The notes under the pieces are model-generated. The model was not told where the DNA came from. It was given only the letters and a program-made list of their open reading frames with translations, and did not search any database. DNA of 64,000 nucleotides, taken from contig CM126204.1 in assembly GCA_052327205.1 (NCBI GenBank), positions 127,038,001 to 127,102,000 on the forward strand, read 5' to 3'. Source of the stretch: Somniosus microcephalus (Eukaryota). Positions 36,501-47,604 of the stretch are shown here, piece by piece (the first letter of the stretch is position 1; each line of letters begins with the position of its first letter). The position numbers were made by a program, and so were the translations under genes.

Positions 36501-37143
36501 TACCAATCTCACAGACTAGCGGCAGTGTTCCAGAGCCACGTCACAATTCAAAACCTGATGCGGGCAGGAGGGAGCAGCTGATTGGGTGAGTACAGCCAGG
36601 TGAGTACTTATACAACTCTATAGTTTGACAGCTAAGGTTCATAGGGCTAGATTTTCAGTTGCTTGCGCCAGCAGTTAGCGCCTTAAGAGAAGTGATTTCC
36701 GGGCGCTATGCGTGTAGCGCCCGGGCGCAGCGCAGTTTGCGCCCCGCCCCAAATTAAGTTGCCCGTTAGCGCCGGCGCAAAGTTTAGCGCCCGCCCGGAT
36801 GCGCGCGCAGAAAATGACGTCACATCCTCGTGCAACGCCCTTTGGCCGCCCCGATTGCAAACTTCAGTCGGACCGCCCCATTGTGCGGCGGGCGGCCGGA
36901 GCGTTTGGAAAAAGGAACGCAACACAACCAGCGCGGGCCCCGGGGGGCGCTAATTAAAGGGAACGTCCTCTCCAGTATAAAGGCCATCCATTATTTCAGA
37001 AAACAGTCTTGTGCAACGCATTTCTGGAGACACAACAAGGAGGATAGCTAACTGGTTTCAAGCAGCAAGAGCCAGGTATTTTTGGACTCAGGCAACAGCG
37101 CTGCAAGTGGCCATTTGGAAATTAGAGTGTTTGCCAGGATTTG

Positions 37144-38304
37144 ATGGGGGTTGCATGGGGTGCCAACGCGGAGCTGCAGCTCCATGTCCGTAGGGCTCGC
37201 AGACGTATTGTGAGAGGGGCAGCCCTGGCTAGAGGCAGAGGGGGCTACAGGCGTCGGCCACGTAGGCCTTACCCAGTCAGGCTATACCGCCAGCAGCGCT
37301 CCTACCTAAACATGAGTGCCGCGCGATGTGTTAAAAGGCTCCGATTCCGGAAGGGGGTGATTGCAGAGATCTGCCACCTGCTTCGCCGAGATCTGCGGCC
37401 AAAGCTCAGGTGCAGGACGTCTCTGTCGGTGGAAGTGAAGGTGACAGTGGCATTGAACTTCTATGCCACCGGCTCCTTCCAATACGCTGCTGGGGACATA
37501 GCAAACATCTCCCAGTACGGCGCGCATCGCTGCATCCGCCAGGTGACCGAAGCACTGTTCAGAAGGAGAAGCCAATTCATCTCCTTCCCCATGGCCCTGG
37601 AGAGCCAGCATCAGCGCGCATTGGGATTTTCCAGACTCGGGGAATTCCCCTTGGTGCAGGGCGCCATTGACTGTACGCATGTGGCTTTGCGGGCCCCTCT
37701 GGAGCATGGCGAGCAGTATCGCAACAGGAAGGGCTACCATTCTCTGAATGTGCAGCTGGTCTGTGACCACAAGCAGCGCATCATGGCAGTCAATGCCAGC
37801 TTCCCAGGCAGCAGCCACGATGCCTTTATCCTGCGGCAGAGTACTGTGCATGACATGTTCCAGGCACAGCCTCCCCCAAGAGGATGGCTACTCGGGGACA
37901 AAGGCTATCCTTTGTGCACCTGGCTCATGACCCCGCTCCGCGCGCCCAGGACCGCTGCTGAAGAGGCCTACAACGAGAGCCATCAAACCACCCGCAACAT
38001 CATCGAGCTAACTATTGGGGTCCTCAAGCAGCGGTTCCGCTGCCTTGATCGCTCCGGAGGAGCTCTCCAGTATTCGCCGGACCGGGTCTCCCAATTTGTG
38101 GTGGTTTGCTGCATGCTACACAACCTGGCTATCCGCAGGACTCAGGCACTGCCACCTGACGTTGGACCAGCACCTCAGGAGGAGGAGCAGGAGGAGCATG
38201 AGGAGGAGGAGGAGGAGGAGGAGGAGGAGCAGGAGTACGTTCCCAGGAGGGAGCGACCAGGGCCAAGGGCCGCACGACGCCACCTTATTACACGGTACTT
38301 CTAA
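37144..38304 (+). CDS. Harbinger DDE transposase (HARBI1-like family)
   Basis: GAIDCTH, YRNRKGYHSLNVQ, PGSSHDAFIL, LGDKGY, IELTIGVLKQRFRCL, CCMLHN; poly-Glu tail; AATAAA at about 38420. Confidence 0.95.
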   Translation: MGVAWGANAELQLHVRRARRRIVRGAALARGRGGYRRRPRRPYPVRLYRQQRSYLNMSAARCVKRLRFRKGVIAEICHLLRRDLRPKLRCRTSLSVEVKVTVALNFYATGSFQYAAGDIANISQYGAHRCIRQVTEALFRRRSQFISFPMALESQHQRALGFSRLGEFPLVQGAIDCTHVALRAPLEHGEQYRNRKGYHSLNVQLVCDHKQRIMAVNASFPGSSHDAFILRQSTVHDMFQAQPPPRGWLLGDKGYPLCTWLMTPLRAPRTAAEEAYNESHQTTRNIIELTIGVLKQRFRCLDRSGGALQYSPDRVSQFVVVCCMLHNLAIRRTQALPPDVGPAPQEEEQEEHEEEEEEEEEEQEYVPRRERPGPRAARRHLITRYF

Positions 38305-38667
38305 GCCCCCTGTCAGGGAATGGCCAGGGGCCATGAGGGAAGATGAATGCAGCCGCTCCGCAAGCCCTCAGCCGGCGAAGCCAACAAACACTAAGAAGAA
38401 CAACCATGGAGACTGCATGAATAAAGATAATTTTTTATTAAACAAAAATGGAAAGCCCTTCCCACATGAATCCCCAAAAACAATAAACGGGCCCCACAAA
38501 AAGCCCAACAAACGACTCACTCCCACAAACTGGGGAGGAGCCACTCCACCTTTATTGAAACCGGGCCTCAACGTCGGCCTAACGCAAAAAAAAAGCCCTC
38601 CAAAATCACAACCATGGGCAAAATAAAGATGGCCACCGCCATATTAAAGGAAAGCTGGCCACACCCT

Positions 38668-40770
38668 CTACTGAGTGGCCCGCGAGGGCGAGACCTTGGC
38701 CAGCATTTTGCCTCCCCTGCCCTGCCTGCTGCTCCTTCGCAAGCTCTGCCCAGTGGCTGCTGCGAGGCTGGGGGAAGGCGCCTGAGGCTCAGATGCCCTT
38801 CCGCCAGATGCCGCTGGGGGGCGGCCTACACGGCGTTTGGGCCTCGAGGGGCCGTCTCCTGAGTGGCGCGCCTGAGCCTGGCCACCATCAGCTGCAGCCG
38901 CTTGCCCTTGACGCCCCAGAGGGGGAATGGCGGCGACGGATGGTGCAATGTGGGCCAGCTGGCGTCTGGGATGCGCTGGCTGGTGCTGTGGCGCGGTGGC
39001 ACTCGGCCGGGCCCGCACTGCAGGATCCGCAGCAATCAGCCGACGGCCGGCTTGCTGGGATGGTCCAGCGCGGCGCCTGCCCTGGCGATGCCTGCCTGAG
39101 ACAGCGCGTGTGGCAGCAGTGAGTGGCCCTGTGGTCCTGGTGTGCGCGCGCATCACATCCGCCAGGGTCTTGACGGCATCAGTTAGCATGCGGCCAGTCG
39201 CGGCAGTTGCTGCCCCGAACTCGCGCACACTGGTCGCCAGCGACTCGATGGCCTCAGGCATGCGCCCCACCACGCTCATGAGCTCCGTGTGGCGCCGGTC
39301 CGAGTCGTCGGCCATCTGATCGAGCTTCCGCACCTCCTCCGAAGTGAAGGTGTCCGGACTGGAGTCGCGACTCTCCCGCTGGGGAGGAGGGGGCCGAACT
39401 AGGGGACCCTTGCCGCGTTGGTGACGGCGAGTGTGCCGAGCAGCAGCACTCCCCTCTGATCCTTCCCCCCTTTGGGGGGAAGGCCGCGGGCCACGCGCAC
39501 GGCTGCTGGGTGGCTGGACGCCACTGGTCCCAGAAGCTGCATTGCCCTGCGACAGTTCCTCCAGGCACTCGTCCAGTGAGGAGGTGTCGAGCATTTCCTC
39601 CTCTCCTGCGGGACGTGACTGTTCCCCCGAAGGTCCGGCTTGCTCCTCCTCCTCCTCCTGGTTGGAGGTGCTGTCACTGGCAGCCTCAGGGTCCTGGTCG
39701 TCACCAGCTGAAAGCAGGAATGCACAAGAGTAGCTTCAGAGTGAGGAGACGGCGTCAGCGAGGGAGTTAGGACTGGTGGGATTCAGCGCATTGGTGGGAC
39801 AGTGGCAAAGGAGGTAGCTCGGATGGGCCAGTGCGACGCGAGAGGGCCAAAAGGCGAGGTCCTTACCATTGCCGGGCAGTGGAGGGTCGGATACACCGCA
39901 CGCTGTGGGGACAATCACACGTGCTCCCATGAGCACACACACGCGCTCCTCCAGCCGAGTGAGCTTCTGCAGCTTGGCGCGGCCACCCCTGGCACGGGCC
40001 TGGCGATTAAACGCTACTTTAGCCTGCAAGAGAAAGGACGGGCTGTAAGTGCGCAGTGAAGCCCTGATGTAGTGTGCACTGCCTCCCATGGTGGAATAGC
40101 TTGGACAGAGTGAAGCCCTGATGTAGTGTGCACTGCCTCCCATGGTGGAATAGCTTGGACAGAGTGAAGCCCTGATGTAGTGTGCACTGCCTCCCATGGT
40201 GGAATAGCTTGGACAGAGTGAAGCCCTGATGTAGTGTGCACTGCCTCCCATGGTGGAATAGCTTGGACAGAGTGAAGCCCTGATGTAGTGTGCACTGCCT
40301 CCCATGGTGGAATAGCTTGGACAGAGTGAAGCCCTGATGTAGTGTGCACTGCCTCCCATGGTGGAATAGCTTGGCAAAAGTGTAGAGTGCCGAATGGCCA
40401 TTTGATGCTCATGACTGTCCCAATGCTGCTGGCTGAGGGCTGGCCAAAAGGACTTTCAGGTCCCTTTGCCCATCATGTCAGGTGTACATGCAAGAATGAG
40501 GAGGAGACTGGAAAGGCTACTCACCCTCACAATCCTGGTCAGATCGTTGTACTTCTTACGGCATTGTGTGTGGGTCCTGGGGGCCTCGCCGGTGAACGTC
40601 ACCCTCTGGGCGATCTGCTTCCAGGCTTTGGTGTAGTCGTGGTGGGTTGGATTCCTCCCACTGTCTGGAAACAAGATCTTGCGCCTCACCTCCAGAGCTG
40701 TGAGCATGATGTCCAGATCACCCTCTGAGAAGCGCAGGGCACGCTGACGGGCCTTCTCTGGCGTTGCCAT
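38668..40770 (-). CDS. Harbinger Myb/SANT DNA-binding protein, 3 exons (40770-40525, 40023-39867, 39707-38668), ~480 aa
   Basis: RFSEGDLDIML..LFP..AWKQIA..RTHTQCRKKYNDL; canonical GT/AG sites; phases 0 and 1 join in frame to ORF 38668-39594. Confidence 0.88.
40055..40374. repeat. 54-bp perfect tandem repeat x6 in intron 1 of the Myb/SANT gene
   Basis: Unit GAGTGAAGCCCTGATGTAGTGTGCACTGCCTCCCATGGTGGAATAGCTTGGACA. Confidence 0.95.
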
Positions 40771-41281
40771 GACTCCCTGGGGCTGAGCAGTAGTGTTGAG
40801 GCCTCTTTGCAAGGCTGCAGTGTGCAGGGCGTGGCAGCAGACCAATTCGTCCCTTCCCCCTTTAAGAGCTGGTCGGCACCACGGGGTCTGCTGTCAGTGC
40901 AAAAATGACCGCACCCGTGCTGCGCCCCGCCTGGGCGCTATCCCTCTGGACCGCCGGCTTAGCGCCTAAAGAGAGTAGTGGAACGCCTCTTTTAGCGCTC
41001 CACCAACCTCTTAGGGCGAAGCCACTGAATTCCCGGCAACGGGGCGCTACTTTGGGGCGGGCGCTAACTTCGGGCGGGCGCTAAAGCTAGCGCCCCAAAA
41101 CTGCCTAAACTGAAAATCTAGCCCATAGTTTATAAAGTTTAGAAGGTCTTAATTTTGTGGTTATAGTTTCTAAGGTCTCTGTTGTGTAGCGGGGAGTGCT
41201 AGGAAACAAGGGCCCTTGAGTATATCATTTAATTGTAGTATAATTGGTGGTATTGATTTAATTTAAATTAAAGGGTAAGTT

Positions 41282-43041
41282 GTGGCAGCAAAGCTCGGCC
41301 CCGTGGCATGCTCCTCCTGCACTATGTGGGAAATCAGGGACACTTCCTGTGTCCCTGACGACCATGTGTGCGGGAAATGTAGACAGTTGCAGCTACTGGC
41401 AGACCGCATTGTGACGCTAGAGCTGCGAATGGATACATACTGGAGCATTCACAATGCTGAGGATGTCATGGATATCATGTTTAATCAGTTAGTCGCACCG
41501 CAGGTAAAGGCTGCACAGGCAGGAAGGGAATGGGTGACTGCCAGGCAGAGTAGTAGGCGCAGGCAGGTAGTGCAGGGGTTCCTTGTGGTCATCCCCCTCT
41601 CAAACAGATATACCGTTTTGGATATTGTTGAGGAGGATGGCTTATCGGGGGAAGGCAGCAGCAACCAACCTCCTGGCACCATGGGTGGTTCTGCTGCACA
41701 GGACAGGAGGAAAAAGAGCGGAAGAGCTATAGTGATAGGGGATTCTATTGTAAGGGGAATAGATAGGCGTTTCTGCGGCCGCAAATGAGACTCCAGGGTG
41801 GTATGTTGCCTCCCTGGTGCAAGGGCCAAGGATGTCTTGGAGCGGCTGCAGGGCATTCTGGAGGGGGAGGGTGAACAGCCAGTTGTCGTGGTGCATATAG
41901 GTATCAACGATATAGGTAAAAAACAGGATAAGGTCCTAAAAGCTGAATATAGGGAGTCAGGAGGTAAATTAAAAAAATAGGACTTCAAAGGTAGTAATCT
42001 CAGGATTGCTACCAGTGCCACGTGCTAGTCAGAGTAGAAATAAAAGGATATTTCAGCTGAATATGTGGCTAGAAGAATGGTGCAAGTGGGAGGGACATAT
42101 GAGGAGAGGTTGAGCAGATTGGGACTCTACTCATTGGAGTTCAGAAGAATGAGAGGCGTTCTTATTGAAACATATAAGATTGTGAAGGGGCTTGATTGGG
42201 TGGATGTGGTGAGGATGTTCCCAATGATGGGTGAAACTAGAACTAGGGGACATAATCTTAGAATAAGGGGCTGCTCTTTCAAAACTGAGATGAGGAGAAA
42301 CTTTTTCACTCAGAGGGTAGTAGGTCTGTGGAATTTGCTGCCCCAGAAAGCTGTGGAAGCTACATCATTAAATAAATTTAAAACAGAAATAGACAGTTTC
42401 TTAGAAGTAAAGGGAATTAGGGGTTACGGGGAGCGGGCAGGAAATTGGACATGAGTCTATGTTCAGAACGGTCATGGCCCTGTGGGTAACGGAGCGGGCC
42501 CAGGGGCCGTGTAGCTTGGTTCTGCTCCTACTTCTTGTGTTCTAATTATGTGTTAGATTTCAGGAGATGGTTCTATTCCTGTTCCTGGCTGGGGTGGAGA
42601 TCACCTTTTACAGAAGGTAAGTACTGTAGAAAATATAGGGACAGTGATCTCCTGGACGAGTTTCGATCGCCTAGATGGGTCAGAGAGGAATTTCCCAGAT
42701 TTTTTTTCTCCCAATTTGGCCATTGGGTTTTTTACCTGGTTTTTCGCCTCTCCCAGGAGATCACATGGGTTCGGGAGGGATGTAGAGTGATAGTAGATTT
42801 GAGGTTAGGATCAGATCAGCCATGATCTTATTGAATGGTGGAGCAGGCTCGAGGGGCCAATTGGCCTACTCCTGCTCCTATTTCTTATGTTCTTATGTTC
42901 TTATGTAAATTCCTGGGACATTGGAACCAGTTTTGGGGGAGGTGGGACCAGTACAAACTGGATGGTTTGCACCTGGGCAGAACTGGGACCGATGTCCTAG
43001 GGGGAGTGTTTGCTAGTGCTGTTGGGGAGAGTTTAAACTAA
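41282..43041 (+). pseudogene. CR1 ORF1 (CxxC Zn finger plus SGNH esterase), interrupted
   Basis: CSSCTMW..CGKC, IGDSIVR, CLPGA, HIGIND, DGLHL; internal stop at 41786; insertion at 42087-42905. Confidence 0.88.
42087..42905 (+). mobile_element. nested 5'-truncated CR1 3' end with a composite 3'UTR
   Basis: YEERLSRLGLYSLEFRR..FFTQRV; ends in (TTCTTATG)n; host ORF1 resumes at 42906. Confidence 0.85.
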
Positions 43042-43163
43042 AATGGCAGGGGGTTGGGAACCTGTAGTGGGAGCCAGAGGAAAGGGAAGCAAGGATAGAA
43101 GCAAAAGACAGGAAGGAGAAAAGCAAAAGTGGAAGTCGGAGAAATCAAGGGTGTAAATCAAAC

Positions 43164-46011
43164 ATGGCCACAGTAAACAATAATTCTAAAAGGTCTAAGA
43201 GTGTTAAAAAACGCCTGAAGGCTCTGTGTCTTAATGCGAGGAGCATTCGTAATAAGGTGGATGAATTAGCTGTGCAAATAGATGTAAACGGATATGATAT
43301 AATTGGGATTATGGAGACATGGCTCCAGGGTGACCAAGGCTGGGAATTCAACATCCAGTGGTATTCAATATTCAAGAAGGACAGGCAAAAAAGAAAAGGC
43401 GGTGGGGTAGCATTGCTGGTTAAAGAGGAGATTAACACAATAGTAAGGAATGATATTAGCGCTGATGATGTGGAATCTGTATGGGCAGAGCTGAGAAATA
43501 CCAAGGGGCAGAAAATGGTAGTGGGAGTTGTATACAGACCCCCAAACAGTAATGCTGAGGTTGGGGATGGCATTAAATGGGAAATTAGAGATGCGTGCAA
43601 TAAGGGCACAGCAGTTATCATGGGTGACTTTAATCTACATATAGATTGGTCTAATCAAATTAGTAACAATACTGTGGAAGAGGAATTCCTAGAGTGTATA
43701 TGGGATGGTTTCCTGGACCAATATTTCGAGGAACCAACTAGAGATCAGGCCATCTTAGATTGGTATTATGTAATGAGAAAGGATTAATGAGCAATCTTGT
43801 TGTGCGAGGCCCCTTGGGGAGGAGTGATCATAATATGATAGAATTCTTCATTAAGATGGAGAGTGAAGTAGTTGATTCAGAGACTTGGGTACTGAATTTA
43901 AATAAAGGAAACTATGATGGTATGAGGCGTGAGTTGCCTAGGATAGATTGGGAATGTTACTTAAAGGGTTGACGGTGAATAGGCAATGGCAAACATTTAA
44001 AGATCGCATGGATGAACTACAGAATTTGTTCATCCCTGTTTGGCATAAAAATAAAACAAAAAAGGTGACTCAACATTTGCTAACAAGGGAAATTAGGGAT
44101 AGCATAAGATCCAAGGCGAGGACATATAAATTGGCCAGAAAAAACAGCACACCTGAGGATTGGGAGCAGTTTAGGATTCAGCAAAGGAGGACAAAGGGAT
44201 TAATTAAGAGGGGGAAATAGAATATGAGAATAAGCTTGCAGGGAACATAAAAACTGACTGTAAAAGCTTCTATAGATATGTGAAGAGAAAAAGATTGGTA
44301 AAGTCAAGCGTAGGTCCCTTGCAGTCAGAATCAGGGGAATTTATAATGGGGAACAAAGACTTGGCTGACCAATTAAATACATACTTTGGTTCTGTCTTCA
44401 CAAAGGAGGACACAAATAACCTCCCAGACATGTCGGGGAACAGAGGGTCTAATGAGAGGGAGAAACTGAATGAAATCAGTATTTGTAGGGAAATGGTGTT
44501 ATGGAAATTGACGGGATTGAAGGCCGATAATTCCCCAGGGCCTGATAATCTACATCCTAGGGTACTTAAGGAAGTGGCCCTAGAAATAGTAGATGCATTG
44601 CTGGTCATCTTCCAAAATTCTATAGACTCTGGAACAGTTCCCATGGATTGGAGGGTAGCTAATGTAACCCCACTATTTAAAAAAGGTGATAGAGAAGAAA
44701 CAGGGAGTTATAGACTGGTAAGACTGACATCGGTAGTGGGGAAAATGCTAGAGTCCATTATAAAAGATGTAATAGCAGAGCACTTGGAAAACAGTGACAG
44801 GATCAGACAAAGTCAACATGGATTTACAAAAGGTAAGTCATGCTTGACTAATCTACTGGAATTTTTTGAGGATGTAACTGATAGAATAGATAAGGGAGAA
44901 CCAGTGGATGTGGTATATTTGGACTTTCAGAAGGCTTTCGATAAGGTCTCGCATAAGAGACTAGCGTGCAAAGTTAAAGCACATGGGATTGGGGGTAAGG
45001 TACTGACTTGGATAGAAAACTGGTTGGTAGACAGGAAGCAAAGAGTTGAAATAAACGGGTCTTTTTCCGAGTGGAAGGCAGTGACTAACGGCGTACCTCA
45101 GGGATCGGTGCTAGGACCCCAGTTATTCACAATATATATTACTGATCTAGACGAGGGAACTAGATGTAATATCTCCAAGTTTGCAGACGAGACAAAGCTG
45201 GGTGGGCGTGTGTGCTGTGAGGAGGATGCCGAGAAACTCCAGGATGATTTGGACAGGTTGGGTGATTGGGCAGATGCAGTATAATGTGGATAAATGCGAG
45301 GTTATCCACTTTGATGGCAAAAACAGGAAGGCAGATTATTATCTGAACGGCAATAGATTGGGAAAAGGGGAAGTGCAACAAGACCTGGGTGTCCTTGTGC
45401 ACCAGTCGCTGAAGGTAAGCATGCAGGTGCAGCAGGCGGTTAAGAAGGCAAATGGTATGCTAGCCTTCATAGCGAGAGGATTCGAGTACTGGAGCAAGGG
45501 TGTCTTGCTGCAGTTGTACAGGGTCTTGGTGAGACCACACCTTGAGTATTGTGTGCAGTTTTGGTCGCCTTATCTGAGGAAGGATGTTCTTGCCATGGAG
45601 GGAGTGCAGCAAAGATTCACCAGACTGGTTCTTGGGATGGCAGGAATGATGTATGAGGAGAGGTTGGGTCGATTAGGCTTATATTCGCTAGAGTTTAGAA
45701 GAATGAAAGGGGATCTCATTGAAACGTATAAAATTCTAACAGGACTAGACAGACTAGATGCAGGAAGGCTGTTCCCAATGGCGAGGGAGTCCAGAACCAG
45801 GAGTCACAGTCTAAGGATAAGGGGTAAGTCATTTAGGACTGAGATGAGGAGGAATTTCTTCAACACCCAGAGAGTGGGGAACATGTGGAATTCTCTACCA
45901 CAGAGGACAGTTGAGGCCAATTCATTAAATATATTCAAGAAGGAATTAAATATATTTCTTAAGGCTAAGGGGATCAAGGGATATGGGGAGAAAGCAGGGA
46001 CAGGGTACTGA
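43164..46011 (+). pseudogene. CR1 ORF2 (APE endonuclease plus RT) with several frameshifts
   Basis: LCLNARS, YRPP, GDFN, SDH, QHGF, YLDFQKAFD, GVPQGSVLGP, FADE across ORFs 43164-46011. Confidence 0.92.
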
Positions 46012-46739
46012 ATTTGGATGATCAGCCATGGTCGCATTGAATGGCAGAAGAGGCTCGAGGGGCCGAATGGCCTACTCCTGCTCCTATCTTTTATGTTTCT
46101 ATAGCTCTACCAAAGAGTCGGCACAGGCACGATGGGTCGAATGGCCTCCTGTGCTGTATGATTCTATGATTTGCATTTTTCACTTCAAAATTAACTTAAA
46201 TAGATCAAATACCATAGACGGTCAAGTTCTATTTCTTTCCTTCTTTGTACCACAAAAAAACTATTCTGTGTGATTTAAGACATCTTTAATGAGTCATTTT
46301 ATATAAGCATTGATACAATATTGATGAATGTAACTATATAAAGTAATTAAAATCATATACATTATTGTTGTTTTATGTGCAGTGTCTGTGTTCAAGAGCT
46401 GTATTTCCTCATTGTAATCTTTATTATTTGCCTCTGTACCTCTACCAAATATTGCCATTTTGGAATCAAGGCTCCACATAATTAGTGTCCAATGATACAT
46501 TTGAAAAAGCAATGATGTAACTTTTGTTTTTATTACAAAATAATTCTATGAAGTTATTGAAAAAATTCTGTTGCTGTAGACTTCTAAATGAAAGCAGTTC
46601 AATGATTCATCCTGTTAAAAATGTATTGGGCTATATTGTTAATATTTAGGTCTAGAAATTATGCTGTGAAATTTTGGGGTGAATTTTCATTTTTACTGAC
46701 TGGCGGTAGCAGAACGATTGACTTCAACGGAAATGGAAA

Positions 46740-47146
46740 TCGGGCGGGTGTAAATCGAAGGGGTGTGAAAGGGGTGGGGGATGTGAATGGGCGGGTGTGA
46801 TTGGGGTGGATGTGAATCGAAGGGGTGTGAAAGGGGTGGGGGATGTGAATGGGCGGGTGTGAATGGGGTGGATGTGAATTGAAGGGTTGTGAAAGGGGTG
46901 GGGGATGTGAATGGGCGGGTGTGAATGGGGTGGATGTGAATCGAATGGGTGTGAAAGGGGTGGGGGATGTGAATGGGCGGGTGTGAATGGGGCGGGTGTA
47001 AATCAAAGAGGTGTGAAAGGAGTGGGGGCTGTGAATGGGCGGGTGTGAATGGGGCGGGTGTGAATCAAAGGGGCGTGAAAGGGGTGGGGGATGTGAATGG
47101 GCGGGTGTGAATCAAAGGGGTGTGAAAGAGGTGGGGGACGTGAATG
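46740..47146 (+). repeat. G-rich minisatellite (15-16-bp GTGAA subunits, ~62-bp higher-order unit), left part
   Basis: GTGAATGGGCGGGT / GTGAATCGAAGGGGT / GTGAAAGGGGTGGGGGAT repeats; the array resumes at 53260. Confidence 0.9.
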
Positions 47147-47604
47147 TGTAAAGGAAGTAGCCATATTCCAAGAGATACACCATCCTATGAATGGAATTTT
47201 GACCTTATTAAAACATGAAAACTGGGTTTAAAAATCTAAAAGCCTCATCGACACAGGCTGCAAACAGAACACAGGCTTTTGAGATAAGATCAGTTGTTAA
47301 CACAAGCTGTAAACACCACACAAGCTTTTGAAATGGAAATTGATTGTTAATACTAAGACAATGGCCCTATTGAAGCAAAGGGTTGGAGGTTCCTGTATGT
47401 CTGAACATTGGAACCAACACAATAGCAATGCCCAAGTAAAGTGTTAAAAATGAACACTTCGAACAGAAACACAGAATATTAAAAAAACATGTGCCTTTGA
47501 TGAAAGTAACATCAAATGAAAGACAGGAAACATAAGTCTGTAATATAACCAACTAAGATGGCTAGGAAAACAAACACCCCAGTTGAAGTGTTTTTGATTT
47601 ACAT

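Larger units (their letters stand above)
36644..41124 (+). mobile_element. autonomous PIF/Harbinger transposon, apparently intact
   Basis: Perfect 17-bp TIRs GGGCTAGATTTTCAGTT / AACTGAAAATCTAGCCC, ATA TSD, two convergent genes. Confidence 0.96.
35845..46100 (+). mobile_element. near full-length CR1 LINE interrupted by a Harbinger and a second CR1 fragment
   Basis: Repeat-built 5'UTR, ORF1 (Zn finger plus esterase), ORF2 (endonuclease plus RT) and 3'UTR are collinear once 36644-41124 and 42087-42905 are removed. Confidence 0.88.

Noticed and set aside
37144-38304. Host HARBI1 gene
   Set aside because: It lies inside TIRs with a TSD, is paired with a Myb/SANT gene, and has a paralog at 62183, so it is a transposon gene.
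39736-40412. Repeat-protein ORFs of 221 aa and 132 aa
   Set aside because: They are read-through of the intronic 54-bp repeat; only 40023-39867 fits the spliced gene.
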